Below are positions 57,739 through 64,000 of a stretch of 64,000 nt of DNA, piece by piece (position 1 is the stretch's first letter; every line of letters begins with the position of its first letter). The position numbers and the translations under genes are program-made. Source of the stretch: Pirellulales bacterium (GTDB lineage Bacteria > Planctomycetota > Planctomycetia > Pirellulales > JAEUIK01); assembly GCA_019694455.1 (NCBI GenBank), contig JAIBBY010000019.1, positions 16,501 through 80,500 on the forward strand, given 5' to 3'. Under the pieces are notes generated by a model, which had not been told where the DNA came from, ran no database searches, and saw nothing but the letters and a program-made list of their open reading frames with translations.

Positions 57739-58542
57739 ATGACCACCGGTTACGTCCGCACCGAAATCGAAGACGCCATTCTGCATGTGCGATTGGCGCG
57801 ACCCGAGAAGCGCAACGCGCTGACGCCCGACATGATCCGCGAGATTGGCGCCGCCGTGGCCACGGCCGACGAACAGCCGGCAATCCGCGCGGTGATCGTC
57901 TCGGCCGAGGGGCCCTTGTTCTCGGCGGGCATCGACATCATGTCGCTTGCCCAGAGCAAGGGGGAGGCGGGCGACCAGAATCCCGCGCGCTGGCTGCGAC
58001 GATTGGCCAGCGACTTGCAACTGGCGCTCGATCAGATCGAACGGGTCGAGGCGCCAGTGATCGGCGCGCTGCAAGGGCAGGTGATCGGCCTGGGGCTCGA
58101 ACTGGCGTTGGCCTTCGATCTGCGGGTGGCGAGCGACGACTTGAAGCTGAGCATCCCCGAAGCGCGAATGGGCCTGGTGGCCGATGTGGGGGGGACGACG
58201 CGGTTGTCGCGCGTGGTCGGCCCCAGCCGCGCCAAGGACATGCTGATGACCGCGCGCTCGGTCGACGCGCAAGAGGCGTTGTCCTGGGGACTGGTGAACC
58301 GCGTGGTTCCGGCCGCGCAGCTTATGGAGGCCACGCGCAAGCTGACCAGCGAGATCACCGCCAACGCGCCCCTGGCGGTGGGACTGGCCAAGTTGATCGT
58401 CGATCAGGGGGACGGGCTCGACAAGCACACGCAACTTGCCATCGAGCGCTGGGCGCAGAGCCAGCTCATCACCACCGAGGATGTGGGCGAGGCGATGACG
58501 GCGTTTTTTGAGAAACGCCCCCCGCGTTTCAAAGGCCGCTAA
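57739..58542 (+). CDS. enoyl-CoA hydratase/isomerase (crotonase) family protein
   Basis: LARPEKRNALT, FSAGIDI and GLGLELALAFDLRVAS are crotonase motifs. Start moved to the ATG at 57739; the ORF track starts at 57646. Confidence 0.85.
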   Translation: MTTGYVRTEIEDAILHVRLARPEKRNALTPDMIREIGAAVATADEQPAIRAVIVSAEGPLFSAGIDIMSLAQSKGEAGDQNPARWLRRLASDLQLALDQIERVEAPVIGALQGQVIGLGLELALAFDLRVASDDLKLSIPEARMGLVADVGGTTRLSRVVGPSRAKDMLMTARSVDAQEALSWGLVNRVVPAAQLMEATRKLTSEITANAPLAVGLAKLIVDQGDGLDKHTQLAIERWAQSQLITTEDVGEAMTAFFEKRPPRFKGR

Positions 58543-58575
58543 TCAACACGGGCGCCGCCATCGCAGGAGCCGCAA

Positions 58576-58920
58576 ATGCCGCAGATCACTCCCATCGGCA
58601 AGATGACCGCCTTTTACATTCCGTCGCACAAGCTCGATTCGCCCCGCTACTTCCGCGAAAATTCAACCCGCGCCCACATCCACGAGTTCCTCATCCAGCA
58701 CTACAAGGCGTATACGCAGACCCCTTCGCCCGTGAAGGGTTATTGGATCAGCAGCGGCGGCGAACTGACGCACGACGTGACCGAGCGATTCGAGGTGTCG
58801 TTCGAGGCGGAATCCGATTTCGACAAACTGATCGCTTTCCTGGCTGAGCTGTGCCAGGCGCTGGAGGAGGACACGATTTACCTCACTCGCGGCGACGAGA
58901 GCTTTTTGGTGAGCCAGTAG
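58576..58920 (+). CDS. hypothetical protein (114 aa)
   Basis: Clean ORF with coding-like codon bias, 33 nt downstream of the crotonase gene. No family recognised. Confidence 0.45.
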   Translation: MPQITPIGKMTAFYIPSHKLDSPRYFRENSTRAHIHEFLIQHYKAYTQTPSPVKGYWISSGGELTHDVTERFEVSFEAESDFDKLIAFLAELCQALEEDTIYLTRGDESFLVSQ

Positions 58921-59002
58921 CGGCGCAGGGTGAATTGCCCGTGCCGGCAACTGGTGGACCCGACCGCGACAAGCATGCGTCAACCTCGCGGCGCATTAAA
59001 AA

Positions 59003-59075
59003 TGCCCCCTGATGGACTCGAACCATCAACCCTCTGATTAAGAGTCAGATGCTCTGCCAATTGAGCTAAGGGGGC
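59003..59075 (-). tRNA. tRNA-Lys (anticodon CUU)
   Basis: Hand-folded cloverleaf. Acceptor GCCCCCT/AGGGGGC, D arm GCTC-AATTGGCA-GAGC, anticodon arm TCTGA-CTCTTAA-TCAGA, T arm GATGG-TTCGAGT-CCATC, discriminator A. No encoded CCA. 73 nt. Confidence 0.93.
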
Positions 59076-59243
59076 GTTGGCATGCGGTTTGATTCCGCGA
59101 ACCAGTTACCAATCGTATCGGCTGGCGCGAAAGTCTCAAGGGTTATTTCGTAGCCGCGTGCCAAAGTGCCAAAGCCGAGGTAAGTCGACTGCGGACAGCA
59201 GGCGCGCTGTCGCATATTCATGCGCGGCGGTAAGCGCGCGTGA

Positions 59244-60287
59244 TTACCCCAGCCGCGGCTCTTGCTGCGTAATGCAATGGTAGGCGCCAAGTCCCCAGGC
59301 CAGATCGACCGCCGGCAGTCCGATCACCTGTCGATCTGGAAATAGCCGAGCGAGCGTTTGCACTGCTACGGCATCGGCCGGGTCGTTGAACTGCGGAACC
59401 ACCACCACGCCATTGGCGATATAAAAGTTGGCATAGCAGGCGGGCAGCCGCTGCCCGGCATGATGGATCGGCGCCGGCATGGGTAGCGGAATCACATCAA
59501 GCGGTCGTCCATCTTGATCGCGGAAGCCGCGCAGACGGTCGAGGTTGTCTTGCAGGGGAGCGTAGTTTTCGTCGCCCGGATCGGATTCGACCGCGGCGAC
59601 TACCGTGGTCGGATTGACAAAGCGGGCCAGTTCGTCGATATGCCCGTCGGTGTCGTCGCCGACGATGCCGCCCGCGAGCCAGAGGACGTGCGGCGCGGCC
59701 AGATAGTCGGCGAGGTATTGCTCAATTTCGGCGCGCGACAGATTGGGATTGCGATTGGGATTGAGCAAACATTGCTCGGTGGTGAGCAGAGTTCCTTTTC
59801 CGTTCACGTCGACAGCGCCCCCTTCGAGGATGATGCCCGGCGCGAACCGCCGCCGGCCAAGTCGCTGCGCAAGCTCGGTCGGCACACGATTATCGAGATC
59901 AAAAGGGGGATACTTGCCGCCCCAGGCGTTGTATTCCCAATCGACGAGCGCCGGCGCCAACGAGGGCTGTCCGACCAGGAAAGTGGGACCGTGATCGCGC
60001 ATCCAGCAGTCGTTGGTGGGGATGTCGAACAACTCGACGTTTTCGAGGCGACCCACCATGTCACGCGCCTGACGCATCACCTCGGAGCCGCCGGCCAGAA
60101 TGCGGACCCGCTCGTGGCGGGCGAGTGTTTCGACCAGCTTGGCGTAGACGGCGGGGATGGGTTCGAACTTGCCCGGCCAGGTCGCCGGATTGTGCGGCCA
60201 CGAGAGCCACGTGGCGGCGTGCGGTTCCCATTCGGCCGGCATGCGGTAGCCCTGGTCAGCAAGCAAGCCGGGAGTGAACGATCGCAT
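59244..60287 (-). CDS. aguA: agmatine deiminase
   Basis: YRMPAEWEPHAATWLSWPH, the CWMRDHGP region, and the C-terminal catalytic Cys GLGAYHCITQQEP. Start moved to the ATG at 60287; the ORF track starts at 60479. Confidence 0.85.
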   Translation of the reverse strand: MRSFTPGLLADQGYRMPAEWEPHAATWLSWPHNPATWPGKFEPIPAVYAKLVETLARHERVRILAGGSEVMRQARDMVGRLENVELFDIPTNDCWMRDHGPTFLVGQPSLAPALVDWEYNAWGGKYPPFDLDNRVPTELAQRLGRRRFAPGIILEGGAVDVNGKGTLLTTEQCLLNPNRNPNLSRAEIEQYLADYLAAPHVLWLAGGIVGDDTDGHIDELARFVNPTTVVAAVESDPGDENYAPLQDNLDRLRGFRDQDGRPLDVIPLPMPAPIHHAGQRLPACYANFYIANGVVVVPQFNDPADAVAVQTLARLFPDRQVIGLPAVDLAWGLGAYHCITQQEPRLG

Positions 60288-60421
60288 GAGTTGGTCGCAG
60301 CGCGTAACGGGAAAGCGAAAGGAGCATGCGGCGAAGGCCGTCGAAATCACGGCAGCGGCATGATACGCCAGCAGGTCCGGTGATGCCACGGCCTCGCGAT
60401 TGGCGCGCCAACGGGGCTTGG

Positions 60422-61678
60422 CTAGCGCACGCGCAGCGCAAGCAAAGTGCGGTCGTCGCTGACTGGCTGCCCCGCGCAAAACGCGTCCAACTGTTCAACC
60501 AATTTGCTGACTACTTGTTCCGCCGAGGCGTCACCGGCAGCGAGCGACGCATCGAGTCGCGGCACGCCGAACATTTGCCCCTGGGAGTTGAAGGCCTCCG
60601 TGATTCCATCGGTGTAGAACAGTATCAAATCGTTGGTTTCCAGCTTCAATGGTTGGTCTTGAAACTGATGGTCGAAGTCGACGCCGATCGGCAGTCCGGC
60701 CACCTGATCCAGTGGCAGAATCTGCCCGGCGCGCCGTAGTCGCGGGGGATTGTGCCCAGCGCAGGCATAGGTCAGCTCGCGCTTTTGTGGATCGAAGATG
60801 GCGTAGAACGCGGTCACAAAACTGCTCGTCCGACTCATGAAGCGCCCCGTAAGCTTCTGATTGAGAAAATTCAACATCTCGGCGGGGGGCGTAGGCGGCC
60901 CGGGAAAGGCGTGCGCCACCGCGTGCGTAATCGCCATCACCGTGGCGGCCGGCGTGCCGTGACCGCTGACGTCGGCAATGAAAATGCCCCAGCAACCGCC
61001 GGGCAAGGGAAAGAAATCGTAGTAATCCCCGCCAGCGCGGCGCGATGTTTGATAATGCGCGGCCATCTCCAGCCCGTCGATGCGCGGCAATTCTGCAGGC
61101 AACAGCGCGCGTTGAATGTCGCCAACGATCTGGAACTCGTGATCGAGCGCTTCGTAGGCGGTTTTCAATTCGTCCGCCAGCACCAGATTGTAGGTGGCGC
61201 GCCCAAACAGATTGCTGGTCAGCACCATTTCAGGAAAGCGATCTCGCTCGAACGACGCGGGATCTTTGTGCAACGTGATCACCATATTCGTCGCCACTCC
61301 GCCATGAAAATGCGGAATCGCCGAGAGCAGCCGAAAACCTTGCAGATACTCGATGGCCGGCTCGTCGGGGGCGAGGGAGTAATCTTCGAGCAGTCGGGGC
61401 GTCTCTTGATAAATGAGGTCCGCCAGCAAGCCGCCTTTGAACAGTGGTAGTCGGTGCGGTTCCTTCCAAGGATTGACATCTTCCGTCCAGCGAGTGCAGC
61501 GCGTGACTCGAAAGTACGGATACTCCAGTCCGCGACGGCTCAGTGATATCAGGCTGTCGCGATGCACGAGCGATTTCATGCGTTCGCCATAATCGCGCAC
61601 CACTTCTTGCGCGTCGGTCTGACGGCTCATGTTGCGAACGGTTTCGACGATTTGTTCGAGCCGTTGTTGCGTGTCCAT
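60422..61678 (-). CDS. PP2C-type (SpoIIE/RsbU-like) serine phosphatase with N-terminal sensor (GAF-like) domain
   Basis: RAGGDYYDFFPLPGGCWGIFIADVSGHGTPAA and LFYTDGITEA are SpoIIE/PP2C motifs. Start at the ATG at 61678; the ORF track starts at 61726. Confidence 0.8.
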   Translation of the reverse strand: MDTQQRLEQIVETVRNMSRQTDAQEVVRDYGERMKSLVHRDSLISLSRRGLEYPYFRVTRCTRWTEDVNPWKEPHRLPLFKGGLLADLIYQETPRLLEDYSLAPDEPAIEYLQGFRLLSAIPHFHGGVATNMVITLHKDPASFERDRFPEMVLTSNLFGRATYNLVLADELKTAYEALDHEFQIVGDIQRALLPAELPRIDGLEMAAHYQTSRRAGGDYYDFFPLPGGCWGIFIADVSGHGTPAATVMAITHAVAHAFPGPPTPPAEMLNFLNQKLTGRFMSRTSSFVTAFYAIFDPQKRELTYACAGHNPPRLRRAGQILPLDQVAGLPIGVDFDHQFQDQPLKLETNDLILFYTDGITEAFNSQGQMFGVPRLDASLAAGDASAEQVVSKLVEQLDAFCAGQPVSDDRTLLALRVR

Positions 61679-61822
61679 CGGAGGCCTTAAGCGGCAACTG
61701 ATTACGCCTAGGTCGCACGGTCGCATCGCCGGGCAGTGCGTCCATCATACGCGATTACGCCGTGTTGGGCTTGGCGGCGTTTGCCGTGGACGCGCGGAAG
61801 CAGACGCAAGATAGAGCCGTCG

Positions 61823-62170
61823 CTACCGTCGAATACGGTACTGATATTTGCGGCCGTCGAGTTGTCGCGATTCGACGTGATCGGCAAACGCTTCGTAATA
61901 CCCACCTTCGCCCCAGTTGCCGATGTAGCGGGACTGCGTCAACCGGTTGCCGTGATACGACAGATCGCCACCCGGGCGACGCCGAACGGACGGAGTCACC
62001 GCGCTGTCATAACGCAAAATCCGATCCGCTTTGGCGTCGTAGCGATAGACGCGCGCCGTTGGCCGATAGGGGGTGGATCGCGGCGAGCCGGCCTGACAGA
62101 CTTCGGCCGACACCAAGAGCATGCCCAGCGCGCAAGATATGCGGCAGCGCCGCCGCGCACGACCATCCAT
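61823..62170 (-). CDS. hypothetical small secreted protein
   Basis: Signal-like N-terminus RISCALGMLLVSAEVCQA and moderate coding bias. No family recognised. Confidence 0.3.
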   Translation of the reverse strand: MDGRARRRCRISCALGMLLVSAEVCQAGSPRSTPYRPTARVYRYDAKADRILRYDSAVTPSVRRRPGGDLSYHGNRLTQSRYIGNWGEGGYYEAFADHVESRQLDGRKYQYRIRR

Positions 62171-62325
62171 GGAAGATGTTTCCTCTCTGTTCCTGGTCCC
62201 TGTTCCGGCGAGACACTCTAGCAGCCAGCATCCGCATTGGCGAGACGCCGGAGTCAGAATCTGCCGAAACGCCAGGGAACCGGTTACACTGGATGTTTTA
62301 GACGCGTAGCCGGAGATCGACTGGC

Positions 62326-63759
62326 GTGGCCGATTCGCTTGACCATTACGAGAATCCCCTCATCAAGCGCTATGCGTCGCGCGAGATGAGCCGCATCTGG
62401 AGCCCCCAGCAAAAATTTGAAACGTGGAGGCGGCTGTGGGTGGCATTGGCCGAGGCCGAGGCGGAGCTGGGACTGCCGATCAGCGCAGAGCAGGTTGCTG
62501 AACTGCGCGCGCATGTGCATGACATCGATTTTGCCGCTGCCGATCGTTACGAGCGCCAATTGCGCCACGACGTGATGGCGCATGTGCATGCCTATGGCGA
62601 TGCTTGCCCCGTCGCCCGGCCGATCATCCATCTCGGCGCCACAAGCTGCTATGTCACCGACAATACCGATTTGATTCTGCTGCGCGAGTCGCTCGAACTG
62701 GTGCGCTCGCGATTGGCGCGGGTCATTGATCGGCTGGCCGTTTTCGCGGAGCGCTGGGCCGAGTTGCCGTGCCTGGCATTCACACATTTTCAGCCCGCGC
62801 AGCCGACCACCGTGGGCAAGCGGGCCGCGCTGTGGGCCTACGATCTGGTGGAGGATTTGCGCGACCTCGAGCATCGGCTAGCGAGCCTGAAGGCCCTGGG
62901 GGTCAAAGGCACCACCGGCACGCAGGCCAGCTTTTTGGCGCTGTTTGATGGCGACCACGCCAAGGTCGAACGGCTGGAACAATTGGTTTGCCAGAAGTTC
63001 GGATTCGCCGAATGCTATCCAGTGACCGGGCAAACCTATCCCAGAAAGATCGACGCGCAGGTGCTGGCCGTCTTGTCAGGCATTGGTCAGAGCGCGCATA
63101 AGACGGCGACCGACCTACGGTTGCTACAACATTTGCGAGAACTGGAAGAACCGTTTGAAGAGAAGCAAATTGGCTCGTCGGCCATGGCGTACAAGCGCAA
63201 TCCGATGCGGGCGGAGCGAATCTGTAGCTTGGCCCGCTTCGTGATGCATCTGGAAGGCAACGCCGCTAGTACCGCGGCAACGCAGTGGTTCGAGCGGACG
63301 CTGGATGATAGCGCCAATCGGCGGCTATCGTTGCCCCAGGCGTTTTTGGCGATCGATGCCGTGCTGATTCTGTACCAGAACGTTGTCGACGGGCTTGTGG
63401 TGCATCCGACCGTCATTCAGCGGCGTTTGGCGGACGAGTTGCCCTTCATGGCGACAGAAAACTTGTTGATGGCCGCCGTGGCGCGAGGAGGAGATCGTCA
63501 AGAATTGCACGAGCGAATCCGACAGCACAGCATGGCGGCCGCCGCGCGCATGAAGGAACAGGGCGCGTCCAACGACCTGCTGACACGGCTGGCTGGTGAT
63601 TCGGCCTTTGCGGGGATCGACGTTCAAGCTCTGGGAGACGGTCGGCTCTATACGGGGCGAGCGGCGCAGCAGGTTCAGCAATTTATCAACCAAGTCGTCG
63701 CGCCAATCAGAGCGAACCTGGCCGACCAGTTGGTTGGCGATGCTGCTGTGCGGGTGTAG
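62326..63759 (+). CDS. purB: adenylosuccinate lyase
   Basis: [18 protein letters not shown]-terminus and the fumarate-lyase signature [11 protein letters not shown]. 477 aa, GTG start. Confidence 0.92.
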   Translation: MADSLDHYENPLIKRYASREMSRIWSPQQKFETWRRLWVALAEAEAELGLPISAEQVAELRAHVHDIDFAAADRYERQLRHDVMAHVHAYGDACPVARPIIHLGATSCYVTDNTDLILLRESLELVRSRLARVIDRLAVFAERWAELPCLAFTHFQPAQPTTVGKRAALWAYDLVEDLRDLEHRLASLKALGVKGTTGTQASFLALFDGDHAKVERLEQLVCQKFGFAECYPVTGQTYPRKIDAQVLAVLSGIGQSAHKTATDLRLLQHLRELEEPFEEKQIGSSAMAYKRNPMRAERICSLARFVMHLEGNAASTAATQWFERTLDDSANRRLSLPQAFLAIDAVLILYQNVVDGLVVHPTVIQRRLADELPFMATENLLMAAVARGGDRQELHERIRQHSMAAAARMKEQGASNDLLTRLAGDSAFAGIDVQALGDGRLYTGRAAQQVQQFINQVVAPIRANLADQLVGDAAVRV

Positions 63760-64000
63760 CAATTCCGACTGCTAGCAGTTGCGTTGCCATGGAGGGCCAG
63801 GCAAACCCTCTCGACTGAATGGATTCTCATTCCATCCCCCTGTTAGTCGGGTGATGCGAAACCCAGGATATTGGCAAGCCACACAGGCCAATCCGGCGTG
63901 TGGACGCATGTAGTATTTCGGATGTTCGCGCCGTATCACTTGCTGGAGCCACATCAACCACTACATGCAAGTTCCGTCGATACCGAAAGATGCGTTCGAT

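Noticed and set aside
63772-63957. A 61-aa minus-strand ORF in a lower-GC stretch after purB.
   Set aside because: It has a TTG start, no recognisable motif and poor codon bias, and it is close to the window edge. Support is insufficient.

Overview
This is a high-GC (roughly 62-64%) bacterial chromosomal window. No search was run; every call rests on motif and family recognition in the supplied ORF translations and on reading the DNA directly. The gene style suggests a Planctomycetota (Pirellulales-like) genome, by inference only: prepilin-type proteins with long C-terminal extensions, a Cys-type sulfatase, two groEL copies, an EF-G paralogue and zinc-ribbon membrane proteins. I support about 50 protein genes, one tRNA-Lys(CUU), two families of GC-rich palindromic repeats and a few hairpin terminators. 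There is no rRNA and no CRISPR.

Gene order:
- 1-12.6 kb: ROK-like kinase, SIS isomerase, MFS transporter, a biotin carboxylase beta/alpha pair followed by an AtuA/DUF1446 gene, ferredoxin, pterin dehydratase, and a divergent pair encoding a beta-barrel protein and a Cys-rich secreted protein.
- 13.2-29.8 kb: the standout feature. It is a tightly packed nine-gene type IV filament operon: GspE/PilB-like ATPase, PilT, a second GspE/PilB-like ATPase with a textbook MshEN c-di-GMP motif, GspF/PilC, four oversized prepilin-type proteins, and an 1835-aa GspK-like giant. No secretin, prepilin peptidase or alignment-complex gene is recognisable in the window. GC-rich palindromic repeats sit in frame at the 5' ends of the last two genes.
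- 29.9-64 kb: metF, hisA, EF-G paralogue, a chaperone supercluster (groEL-groES-groEL-dnaJ-grpE), hom/PGM-like/lysC, an IS200/RAYT-type Y1 transposase embedded in REP-like repeats, sulfatase, agmatine deiminase, PP2C phosphatase and purB.

Many long ORFs in the track are antisense or alternative-frame artefacts of the high GC content and were rejected.
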